From: Candidatus Latescibacterota bacterium | Lineage (GTDB): Bacteria > Latescibacterota > UBA2968 | DNA: 64,000 nt | NCBI GenBank assembly: GCA_965207885.1 | Contig: OZ242311.1 | Location: 416,001-480,000 of the forward strand | Direction of reading: 5' to 3' | Part shown: positions 28,191 to 36,689 of the stretch, in pieces | How the letters are laid out: each line of letters begins with the position of its first letter | How positions within the stretch are numbered: the first letter of the stretch is position 1 | Notes under the pieces: generated by a model | Told to the model about the DNA's origin: nothing | The model's input: the letters and a program-made list of their open reading frames with translations, nothing else | The model's database searches: none | Position numbers and translations under genes: made by a program

Positions 28191-29147
28191 TTAGACAGAG
28201 ACCCGGTCAAATGCCTCTGTAAAAGTAATGCTCCCATTCTGCATTTCACGTCTGATGTTAAGAATATCTGATGGAGTCGGCAGGCCATCAATTTGCAATT
28301 TGCAAGAAATATTAAGACGTTCAAAAAGAGAGTTGATTTCCTTGACGATATGATCTCTTAATACAGCCAGTGCCCAGTGAAAATTAACCAATCTATGGAA
28401 AACGAAAAACTCTGTTGATCGTTTTTCGGACAAATCTCTTCGATTCCACCCCCATTTTTTGGTAACTTGTCCGCAGTATATATCAGCCATTCTTACATAC
28501 TCTTGAAAATCAAAATTACTGTCTTGCAAGCCTTTTGCTAAATCTTGACTCCAAAAATTTGGAGGCAAACTTTCATATTGTCCCAGGTTCTTTATCATAG
28601 CTTTATATCCCTTTCGTCCACCTAACATCGGGGGCATCTCGAAGTACCAAATGCGCTTTGATGGGACCAAGACAAAGTTCTTTTCCCACAGGTCTCGGTC
28701 CCTTTTGGGAACCAGTTGCAGAAAGTAGCCGGGAAGACGTAATAATCTTCTTGATGTGAAACCATAGAGATGGGCAATATTGTTGTCATCAAATATTATT
28801 TCGTGTACTGAGCATCCTTCATGGGAAAGGTGTCTTACTATATTTTCAATAACATCACAGACTACTCTATTTAGATCATGTCGTCTGATTAGATCATGTT
28901 GGTCATTCGGATTATATCCATATTGCATTTCTCTAATAAGTTGTCTTGCCTTTTCACACTCCCTCTCATCTCCATCCATGCTAACAGAAAACGCTTTCTG
29001 TTTCGTTGTATGACCTCCAATTGGCATTATTGCCAAATATATATCTTCGGTGAACATATGTATGTTCAGGTTGTTATCTGTTTCGTTTGAAAGGCTGGGA
29101 AAATGTCTGGCGACTGTCGGCTGTACTATGTCGTGATACCCCATCAT
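28191..29147 (-). CDS. Hypothetical protein
   Basis: 318-aa AT-rich ORF with ATGA overlap to the upstream membrane gene. Confidence 0.75.
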   Translation of the reverse strand: MMGYHDIVQPTVARHFPSLSNETDNNLNIHMFTEDIYLAIMPIGGHTTKQKAFSVSMDGDERECEKARQLIREMQYGYNPNDQHDLIRRHDLNRVVCDVIENIVRHLSHEGCSVHEIIFDDNNIAHLYGFTSRRLLRLPGYFLQLVPKRDRDLWEKNFVLVPSKRIWYFEMPPMLGGRKGYKAMIKNLGQYESLPPNFWSQDLAKGLQDSNFDFQEYVRMADIYCGQVTKKWGWNRRDLSEKRSTEFFVFHRLVNFHWALAVLRDHIVKEINSLFERLNISCKLQIDGLPTPSDILNIRREMQNGSITFTEAFDRVSV

Positions 29148-31681
29148 TCTTCACCTCCATCATTACGAAGAATGTCTTGATATCTTCGTTTCGCCCTTTG
29201 CAAAGCATTGGGGAAATGCTGTCGGTTACGTCCAAAATCTAAACTTTCTCCATCCTCGCAATTCCGCAGATAGAAGTTGATGAAGACGTCAATTCCGTCA
29301 TAACGACTTAGATGACGTTCACCGACAAATATGCGGACTAATACATCTTCATGATCAATTTCTATATCCGACGTTATTGCTTCAATTCCATCAACCTCAC
29401 GGCGAGGAACATTCCTTAACACATTCATTATTTTTTGTTTCCAACTGGTGCGTAGAACTGAACGATGTGGTATTATTCCAAATGCACTTTCTGTAAAGGC
29501 AACTGCTCCAGCCAATAGAGGTAATGGCGATTGCTCACGTTCTCGGTTTAAGTATTTGTCCCAGGCCTGTGTCACTGTCTCCCATAACAACACATTTTCA
29601 TGGTAATCAGCCATCAATTTTGCATACCCGCTGATATCTATAAGATCCAATAATGGTGCCGCAGCTATCTTAAAATCCTGTTGAGCATGCCAATCTGTAA
29701 TTGATGTTGTTGGTTTGAGTTTATCAAACTTCAATAGAGCACCATGTAAATACGGTTTAAAGACATTTTTTAGTAAGGCGGTGTCATTCTTTAATAGAGC
29801 ATCAAATGCAACTTCGCCTGAAGTGTGAAGAAACTGCCCTGCATAATCTGGATAATTCTCCGGACGGTTAATAAGAGCAAGTAATATATTTTGTTTTGAC
29901 ATCTGTGACAGCAATTCATTTTGTCTGGCATCGCTCTTGGAACGTAGTTCTTCAAGGTCTAACTGGGACCAGGGCAAACCATCTATGTATCGCTCACTGG
30001 TCAGTTCATCCCAGACCTTCGGCCAGATATTATTGAGTTGATCGCTTACCTTATGCCAGTACTCCCACTCCCGACTCATTATGGCCGCTGCCAGCCATGG
30101 TCGACTACAGTCAGTTGCTTTTTTAATACTGGTTTTAAATAAATCTGCACTTTTGATAATCAATGTCTCGGCACTGGCAACAAATTGCTTTGCCTCTACT
30201 TGGCGCACAAGCTCTGTAAGATACCAAAGAGGTGAAACTACATGTCCTTCTACTGTTTTTTCAAACACGAGCCGCGGTTTCAACCACTCAACTCGTGAAA
30301 GACAATGTTTTGAAAATCCCTGACGGTAGATACTGGCCTCTTTGGTCCAGCGTACTGAGGAGACCATGTTTTTTATAGTCTGAGAGCTAATACTCTCCAT
30401 AGTTTCTCGGTAGGTCAAAGCTACAGATATAGTAAGAGCAGATAATCGTTCTACCAGTCCTAATTTCTCCAGAGTTCCTTGTAAATTGCTATCGGTTTGT
30501 TTAGTGAATTGGTCTAAAACTGTTTCCATCAAATTCTCTACCAAAACAAAGGCTCTATCCACGCTCCCTTCACGCGCAAGTTTTTTTATGTAAACCCCTG
30601 TATAATCAAATAGACCAAATAGATCGGTATAACGTCCGTTCACTAAATTGACCTCAATACATCTCTTGACAATTGGAATGCACCTTTCCTCAATCCATTC
30701 ATTATTGGTTGTTATTTCTGGCTGAATCATTGTGCTTGTCTGGTGAGCAAGGTCCACAGCCGTATCGCCTGTTCGATACCAGTCTCGGTGTTGGTATTGC
30801 TGCTGATACCAAACACTTTCAGTAGGTATTTTACGTTTCGCATCTTCATAAACAATTAAAAACTTCAGAACATTTTTGGATAATTCTATGAAAGGTTTGC
30901 CATTTAAATGTGGCTCTTTCGATGTGATGTCTGACAGTGTTTTAAGTGTGTCCAGTGTTGCTGAAGCCTTTTTGTGGGCATGATTTTGGAATGATTGATC
31001 CTGCCATCTGAATCCGCCTATAACTACCATGCTCAGCCAGCGATGAAGCTCCTTAAAGAGATGATGTGATAGCGCAGTGGGGTCAAAAAAATAGAAAGCC
31101 CGTTGCCCAAGTTTCACGAATGAAATAATCCCTATTCCTGCCAATATTGTTACCAGTGGTATCGCGAAATGCACTTTGGGAAATCCCATTTCACGGAAGG
31201 CAATTAAGATCAAGCCGAGAAATGTCAAAAAGGCGAGAAAGCCCATATAGACATTTCCAAATCTCTCATGTGCCAACAGATCTCTAATATTATTTGGTAC
31301 TCTCGCATATGTGGTGCTACCCACCATGCTAAGACCTGCATAATACAGACCGATGAAAACTCCTCCAATACCGCTGATCGTTGCCAACAACGTCACATAA
31401 TCACTATCGTCGGGAATTGCAATACCAATGCTCCCATAGTATGAGTATAAATAGGAGTCAATCGTTTGAATCAGTGCAGCAATCACAATACAGATTAATA
31501 GCAGCGCCCAGGTGATCCTGAAGAGGTGTCTAAATGATTGGTAATTAGCTCTCTCTTCATTAAGCCTGTATCGAACACTATATATACGTGCGCCCAACCA
31601 AAAAAAAATATTTCTCAGGATACTACGTAGTAACCAAAAGCCCCGTGATTGATATAGTTGTAAAAGGAATCTGTTCTTCAT
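29144..31681 (-). CDS. Hypothetical membrane protein (4 N-terminal TM helices, DUF2254-like topology, large helical C-terminus)
   Basis: 845-aa ORF with hydrophobic segments at about aa 53-72, 95-118, 143-161 and 172-190. Confidence 0.8.
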   Translation of the reverse strand: MKNRFLLQLYQSRGFWLLRSILRNIFFWLGARIYSVRYRLNEERANYQSFRHLFRITWALLLICIVIAALIQTIDSYLYSYYGSIGIAIPDDSDYVTLLATISGIGGVFIGLYYAGLSMVGSTTYARVPNNIRDLLAHERFGNVYMGFLAFLTFLGLILIAFREMGFPKVHFAIPLVTILAGIGIISFVKLGQRAFYFFDPTALSHHLFKELHRWLSMVVIGGFRWQDQSFQNHAHKKASATLDTLKTLSDITSKEPHLNGKPFIELSKNVLKFLIVYEDAKRKIPTESVWYQQQYQHRDWYRTGDTAVDLAHQTSTMIQPEITTNNEWIEERCIPIVKRCIEVNLVNGRYTDLFGLFDYTGVYIKKLAREGSVDRAFVLVENLMETVLDQFTKQTDSNLQGTLEKLGLVERLSALTISVALTYRETMESISSQTIKNMVSSVRWTKEASIYRQGFSKHCLSRVEWLKPRLVFEKTVEGHVVSPLWYLTELVRQVEAKQFVASAETLIIKSADLFKTSIKKATDCSRPWLAAAIMSREWEYWHKVSDQLNNIWPKVWDELTSERYIDGLPWSQLDLEELRSKSDARQNELLSQMSKQNILLALINRPENYPDYAGQFLHTSGEVAFDALLKNDTALLKNVFKPYLHGALLKFDKLKPTTSITDWHAQQDFKIAAAPLLDLIDISGYAKLMADYHENVLLWETVTQAWDKYLNREREQSPLPLLAGAVAFTESAFGIIPHRSVLRTSWKQKIMNVLRNVPRREVDGIEAITSDIEIDHEDVLVRIFVGERHLSRYDGIDVFINFYLRNCEDGESLDFGRNRQHFPNALQRAKRRYQDILRNDGGEE

Positions 31682-31774
31682 GATAAGTGAAGCTCACAAT
31701 AAGATGAGGTATGTATAATCCGATGCGTCGCCATTTAAGACAACAGGCGTGGCGTTCTTATTCTTGTTCGATGC

Positions 31775-32905
31775 TCAAACCGCCATCTCCCCACTCATCA
31801 ACCGCGGCAGAAGCAGGTCTCGGGCTTGGGTGAGTCTGCGTATTTCGGTAGAAAGTATGTCAATTTGTCGAAGGATCGGCGATATAATGCCTGTAAACTT
31901 GTCAATTAAACTGGTTTCAGGAACTACAAAAGGAATGAGCTTAAAGGTGTTTCGGATAATCGCATCGAAGATTGCGCCAACTGCTCGACTGCGAAATTGT
32001 TCAACGTTTTCTACCATGGCGAAGTAGAGAAATTGCTGATTCAGTGGTAGCTTGGCTACCAGAGCATAACAGGACTGATTCATCGCCATGTCAGTTTGGG
32101 CAAGATTAATTTTGCCGACTGTTCCGCGTGCGGTGATGAAAACGGTATCTTTTGGATATAGCCTACTGCTACAATTACGCAGTCCTTCTTCCGTAAGCGT
32201 TCGTTCTGTACTAAAAATGTATGCGTAATCCGTAGTATCCTTTGACGTGAAGAACGGAATCTCACCGTTCCAATAATCGGGCACACTCGTCTTAGGTGTC
32301 CCTCCGCTCAGGACATCCATTACATCGAGAGCATTTTTCTTTTCCCACCCTTCCGGCACGCCATCTGTGATGGTGACGTGTTCATGGCCGGGGAAACGGA
32401 GGTGGACGAACCACTTCTTGTAGAGTAGCTGCGCCGACTGTTCCAGCAATTGAATCCGCCGCCGGTTGTTTTCGATCAGGTCGTCGTAGGTGGAGACGAT
32501 AGAGGCAATGCGGTCTTGTTGGCTGAAAGATGGGATAGATACCATAAGTCGCAAAGCATTGTTGCGGTTCAGCCCTGGAACAGCAGCATCTGTGTTCATT
32601 TTTTGAAGCGGCAATGTCTTCAACAAGTAATAGGCGTATTGAAGCCTGATTCTCCCTTTAAGGACAACATAAAAGGTGGTATCAATTGGGAAGAAATCCT
32701 CTTGGCTCCAATGAACAGCACCAATAGTGCCTTTTCTACCAATGATGACACCCGGCCCTTTAATTAGTGGCGTTTCATGAAAATCTACAACACCTGCTGA
32801 TCCATACACAGGAAACCGGCCTTTTTTGCGTTGCCGCGCAGGGAGACCTTTACCGTATGCAAAGTCGATAAACTCACTCAATGGTTTTTTTCTCCCTTTA
32901 CTCAT
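31775..32905 (-). CDS. hsdS: Type I R-M specificity subunit
   Basis: Two TRDs; conserved QQDRIASIVSTYDDLIENNRRRIQLLE, VPEGWEK and RDLLLPRLMSGE. Confidence 0.95.
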   Translation of the reverse strand: MSKGRKKPLSEFIDFAYGKGLPARQRKKGRFPVYGSAGVVDFHETPLIKGPGVIIGRKGTIGAVHWSQEDFFPIDTTFYVVLKGRIRLQYAYYLLKTLPLQKMNTDAAVPGLNRNNALRLMVSIPSFSQQDRIASIVSTYDDLIENNRRRIQLLEQSAQLLYKKWFVHLRFPGHEHVTITDGVPEGWEKKNALDVMDVLSGGTPKTSVPDYWNGEIPFFTSKDTTDYAYIFSTERTLTEEGLRNCSSRLYPKDTVFITARGTVGKINLAQTDMAMNQSCYALVAKLPLNQQFLYFAMVENVEQFRSRAVGAIFDAIIRNTFKLIPFVVPETSLIDKFTGIISPILRQIDILSTEIRRLTQARDLLLPRLMSGEMAV

Positions 32906-32931
32906 ATTCCCAATCCTCTAAAATTCTTCAT
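32902..32931 (-). pseudogene. Relic 3' tail of an hsdM allele (MKNFRGLGI*) overlapping the hsdS start
   Basis: aag aat ttt aga gga ttg gga ata tga resembles the hsdM end IKRNFEALI* and keeps an ATGA overlap with hsdS. Confidence 0.55.
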
Positions 32932-32944
32932 TGTCTTCACACTT

Positions 32945-32998
32945 CTACCCCAAGTGCTCAATTTCAACATTCCTCCAGTATTCCTGGAGGTACTCAGC
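32945..32998 (-). repeat. 54-bp relic of the DUF488 gene tail (direct repeat of 33984-34037)
   Basis: 48/54 identical by eye; encodes AEYLQEYWRNVEIEHLG* versus AEDLREYWGNVEIEHLG*. Confidence 0.85.
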
Positions 32999-33015
32999 AA
33001 AGGGATTACAGGTTC

Positions 33016-33288
33016 TCACATCACATCCAATATCGCTTGCGGGTTTTTGTCTGCGACCATCAATAGTGTCCGAGCAGCACCTGATGGACGACGGCGGCCT
33101 TGCTCCCAATCTTGCAATGTGCGAACAGATACACCCATCAATTGGGCAAACTGAGTTTGAGAAAGACCCACTTTCGCTCTCGTTTGGGCAATGTCAGGTA
33201 CTGTGATGATACGACCGTGTTCGCCGCGCTTGATTTCCTGTAGGCCAGATAGAATCTCTTGACCAATATCTCTATTTTTTTCATTCAT
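33016..33288 (-). CDS. XRE/HTH antitoxin (NadS/HigA-like), orphaned
   Basis: GLSQTQFAQLMGVSVRTLQDWEQGRRRPSGAARTLL. Confidence 0.9.
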   Translation of the reverse strand: MNEKNRDIGQEILSGLQEIKRGEHGRIITVPDIAQTRAKVGLSQTQFAQLMGVSVRTLQDWEQGRRRPSGAARTLLMVADKNPQAILDVM

Positions 33289-33436
33289 TTTCAATTGCTG
33301 CTAATGAAAGGGAGCTGGCTGCATATACTATGGGCATGCCTTTGTGATTCCAGCGTCCACCATATCGCCGTGCCCCTTCACCCGTAAAAGCTGAAGCTAT
33401 GCGATGTGCCTGTACAATTCGCCAGGCTGTCAGCAT
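33281..33436 (-). pseudogene. Truncated RES-domain toxin (ParT/MbcT-like), 51 aa
   Basis: MLTAWRIV...AFTGEGARRYGGRWNHKGMPIVYAASSLSLAAIENE*; not in the ORF track, translated by hand. Confidence 0.88.
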
Positions 33437-33930
33437 CATGAAAATACCCCGTACTCAATTCGTCCCAGAAGGTCTTCAACTTCTCGAGCACCTAATTCGG
33501 TATCTGCATAATCCAGTGGAGAAACGCTACCAAGAGCAGTTAATGGCGTTGCAAACCATTGACGGGCAACTTCCTGTCCTCCCAGAACCTCGACAGCCCG
33601 ATCATACAACAGACCAATACGCAGCAGTCGTTCCGATTCATCGATATGCAACCGTCCCTCTTTTTTTTGATGTGTCAGTGTATGTACCGCAATTTTAGTC
33701 ACAGAAGCCAGAGCTTGTTCAGAAATGCCCATAGCGTTTTTTAATGCGTCAAATGTCGCTACTGGTAATCCTTCTTTTATTGCTGCAATCATTTCAGATC
33801 GGTTTTCAAAACGCCACCCCGCCGATGTCGCATAAGTCGTGGTCTGTCCTTCTGCGATAAGTGAAGCACCATCTGCTGTTCGAAATCCTGTGGGTGTCCA
33901 CCTCCAGACTTTCAATTGTTGAGTTTTCAT
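33436..33930 (-). CDS. Xre/MbcA/ParS antitoxin
   Basis: IKEGLP...ESERLLRI...AVEVLG...WF..P..ALG...PLD...GAREVEDLLGRIEYGVFS. Confidence 0.9.
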   Translation of the reverse strand: MKTQQLKVWRWTPTGFRTADGASLIAEGQTTTYATSAGWRFENRSEMIAAIKEGLPVATFDALKNAMGISEQALASVTKIAVHTLTHQKKEGRLHIDESERLLRIGLLYDRAVEVLGGQEVARQWFATPLTALGSVSPLDYADTELGAREVEDLLGRIEYGVFS

Positions 33931-33983
33931 GTATCCTCCTTTTTCCACGAGGCAATAATGCTGCCAGTGACTGCTTCTCCCTC

Positions 33984-34420
33984 CTACCCCAGATGCTCAA
34001 TTTCAACATTCCCCCAGTATTCCCGGAGGTCCTCGGCTACCAGACGTCTGTGGCAGTAATGGGGTTTGTCCTCGCTGCACAGCAGGCATGCATCTTCAAG
34101 GGTTTCTTGCTCAATCTCGTTTTCTATTTTCCGGGCGGCCATGAGATCGATAAAGTCGCGTTCATAAGTCTCCCAACTGCCGCGCTTTTTCTTGTAGGCG
34201 TCCAGTATGTCCTTTGTCGGTGCCAAGCTCGGCAGATGCGTGTAATCCATGCCGCAAATTTGTTTTAGAAAGTAGGCAAGGTCATTTTTTTCGCAAATCC
34301 CGACAACTGGGACACGTTATTGAGTCGCACATCAACGACCCGCTTGACGCCTGCTGTTTGCAAGTTGTCGAAGAACTGTTCTGCGCTCTTTTTGGTGAAG
34401 CCAATGGTGAAAATTTTCAT
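33984..34420 (-). pseudogene. DUF488 family protein frameshifted in a poly-A tract
   Basis: MKIFTIGFTKKSAEQFF...DVRLNNVSQLSGFAKK, then A7 at 34285-34291; A8 would restore NDLAYFLKQICGMDY...CLLCSEDKPHYCHRRL. Confidence 0.85.
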
Positions 34421-35013
34421 TGTGTAGCCTCCGCATCAACATACGCAATGCGCTGTTCCTGTGCCGCGTATGCCCGGTCTTCCAATTCATCAGGGGTGAG
34501 AAATAGATCCTGTGCTGGCAATCGCAGTTGCTCAGACAGGCGTTTCATCGCCTCGTCGTGTGGCTCCAGTGATCCATCCTCAAGAATGTGTGTGACATTC
34601 AGGCCGCTTGCCACCAATTCGCGAGCGACGAGAATTGTCCGGTGACAGTCCAGAGGGTCCTTCTCTGCACACATCAAGGCAATGCGTCTGTGTCTGCTCC
34701 CATCTCGGACGCGCTTTATTCCGGATTGAAACAGTGGGGTTTCGGCGAGCGCGCGATACTGCACCCGGCCGTTTTCGTAACATTGTGGATCGTCACTGCG
34801 TGCGCCGAGTTCCTTCCCGAGAAAAACATAGGCAATACCCCGGGCTTTCAGGGCTTCTACCAGATTTTCTCGATTGAATTGCGGTTGCCAACGGCTATAT
34901 GGAACCGACCGTACGTCTGCAACAGCATCCACGCCATGTTGTTTCAGGAGGGAGACGAAATCCTCAAACTCATGCGTCGAGTGTCCCACGGTGAATATTC
35001 TCGTTTTTGTCAT
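34417..35013 (-). CDS. DUF488 family protein
   Basis: IFTVGHS, DVRSVPYS, LGAR, ALMCAEKDPLDCHR. Confidence 0.92.
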   Translation of the reverse strand: MTKTRIFTVGHSTHEFEDFVSLLKQHGVDAVADVRSVPYSRWQPQFNRENLVEALKARGIAYVFLGKELGARSDDPQCYENGRVQYRALAETPLFQSGIKRVRDGSRHRRIALMCAEKDPLDCHRTILVARELVASGLNVTHILEDGSLEPHDEAMKRLSEQLRLPAQDLFLTPDELEDRAYAAQEQRIAYVDAEATQ

Positions 35014-35063
35014 CGCGGTTGCCGACCTTATTGGTCCGAAGATTTCGTTGAAACACCATTATA

Positions 35064-35117
35064 CAATAAATGTAGCGAATCATGCGAAATAGTGCCACCT
35101 TTGCACATCTATATTGG
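35064..35117 (-). promoter_or_regulatory. Copy B of the triplicated promoter-like motif
   Basis: caataaatgtagcgaatcatgcgaaatagtgccacctttgcacatctatat aligns to 18325-18377. Confidence 0.7.
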
Positions 35118-35170
35118 TACAGGTTTGGTGCGCGATTAGATGTGCGCGTTTGGCTGCTCGTACAAGTGCG
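35114..35170 (-). repeat. 57-bp relic of the small gene at 35669-35863 (direct repeat of 35739-35795)
   Basis: 49/57 identical; ALVRAAKRAHLIAHQTCT versus ALIRAAKRAHLIAHQTGT. Confidence 0.85.
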
Positions 35171-35320
35171 AAAGCAAAAGATAACTCAATGCTGTTACAC
35201 AAGCAACATCGCGGCGAAAAAATGGGCAAGCAGTACATATCTTTCACATGACCGCCCATTCATCGCTCAAAATGTACAGAGATTGTTCTGCGCCAAACAC
35301 GCAATCCACAAATTCAGGTT

Positions 35321-35650
35321 GTGAACAAGGGGGCAATACAGCATATTGAAGGCATAATTTTTGAAATTATTATGAAGGAGGGTCTCATGGATCTCATCCG
35401 CGAATCATCTCTTATCCAATACTTTAAGCGAGAAGGCAGAGAGGAAGGTTTTGAGCAAGGGGAAAGAAAAAGCACGATCGAAGATATCCTTGAAGTGTTG
35501 GAGATTCGCTTTGGTCTGAGCGAGACGCATCCCTTATCTGCTCGTATTTCGGCTATTGACAATGTGCAGCACCTTAAGCAGTTGCACCGTGCGGCGATAC
35601 AGGTGTCCAATCTCGATGACTTTGAGGGCATGTTAGATGCAACGGCGTGA
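35321..35650 (+). pseudogene. C-terminal fragment of an Rpn/DUF4351-like protein
   Basis: IRESS...EGREEGFEQG...ILEVLEIRFG...LKQLHRAAI; N-terminal domain absent; the only + strand ORF in the island. Confidence 0.55.
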
Positions 35651-35668
35651 CGCGATTGCCCAATAAAC

Positions 35669-35863
35669 TCAAATGTCGTTGTACATCTCCGGGTCCGGGT
35701 CAATTTCCACGACTTTGCCGTCGCGCATGACCACAACTTTGGTGCCGGTCTGGTGCGCGATCAGGTGTGCGCGTTTGGCGGCTCGTATAAGCGCGGTAGG
35801 TGCCGCTTGCATGTCGGGATCGTCCAGTTTGGACACAGGGATTTGATGTTTTTCTTTTTTCAT
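35669..35863 (-). CDS. Small partner protein of the zeta-like ATPase
   Basis: 64 aa; ATGA overlap; ALIRAAKRA...VVVMRDGKVVEI pattern. Confidence 0.75.
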   Translation of the reverse strand: MKKEKHQIPVSKLDDPDMQAAPTALIRAAKRAHLIAHQTGTKVVVMRDGKVVEIDPDPEMYNDI

Positions 35864-36384
35864 TTCTTGTTCTCTCCTTCCTCTTCCAAAACAAGCGTAT
35901 CGCCGCTATTGTTAAATTTTTGCCAATGGTTGACGCAATGGCGATAGATGTCGTAGAAATTTTTTAGACCGGCGTGAAAACGACGGCGTATAACGGCTTC
36001 TGGAACATCATGTCCGCCCTGGTTTACACGCGATTTTACGCGCGTGATCGCTTCTTCGGGCGTTGCAAGAGACAGAAATATGAGCTTTACTGTGTAACCA
36101 TCAGCGCGCCATTGACTGATTCTTCTCACATAGCCCCGGCCGGATAGCGTCGTTTCAATGGCGAAGTTCCTGCCTACACGGGCGTGGTTGTCAATTTCCT
36201 CCAGCATCAGCCGCCCGGCGCGGATGGCCGCGTCAGCAGGGCGAAAGGGAGATAGTCCCGCTGCTATCAGGTCGGCATTGACGAAAATAGGACAATCCGC
36301 TTCGTTGGGCAAATACTCCTGTCCAAAGGTTGTTTTGCCGGCTCCGTTTGGTCCCGCGATGATAATGATTTTCTTAGCCTTCAT
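35860..36384 (-). CDS. Zeta-toxin-like P-loop ATPase/kinase (COG4185-like)
   Basis: IAGPNGAGKTT, FVNADLIA, FAIETTLSG, RV.QGGHDVP. Confidence 0.9.
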   Translation of the reverse strand: MKAKKIIIIAGPNGAGKTTFGQEYLPNEADCPIFVNADLIAAGLSPFRPADAAIRAGRLMLEEIDNHARVGRNFAIETTLSGRGYVRRISQWRADGYTVKLIFLSLATPEEAITRVKSRVNQGGHDVPEAVIRRRFHAGLKNFYDIYRHCVNHWQKFNNSGDTLVLEEEGENKK

Positions 36385-36641
36385 GTATCTCCCCAGCGCC
36401 GTTTAGTTCCTGCTCAATCTCTTCAATGATCGGCAGCGATTCGACCAAATAATTTGTGCAAGTACCTCTTGCACAATTTGGCGATCGTCTCAGGCGACAG
36501 CACACTTCACACATTCGCGGCAGGGATGCCGTTCCAATGGCGGAAATTTCACCCTTTACCCTTCAAAGCATCGTCAGGATGGCGCATCAAACAGTGATAC
36601 CAGGGGAATTGTGCAACGGTGCGTTGCACAATTTGGCGGTC
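36385..36641 (-). pseudogene. Collapsed relics of YhcG/DUF1016 (PD-(D/E)XK) genes
   Basis: Minus-strand DRQIVQRTVAQFPWYH and DRQIVQEVLAQIIW, then LVESLP-IIEEIEQEL tail; two TTGTGCAA-N7-TTGCACAA palindromes. Confidence 0.7.
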
Positions 36642-36689
36642 ATCACATACGGTAGCACCTTTCACACTTCACACTTCCTACTTCCCACT

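Noticed and set aside
24374-32905. Invertible hsdS shufflon
   Set aside because: The two hsdS sequences are in direct orientation, the second is frameshifted, and no recombinase is nearby.
36454-36631. Palindromes as tyrosine-recombinase core sites
   Set aside because: Their 7-nt spacers differ, and both translate as YhcG motifs; gene relics explain them more simply.
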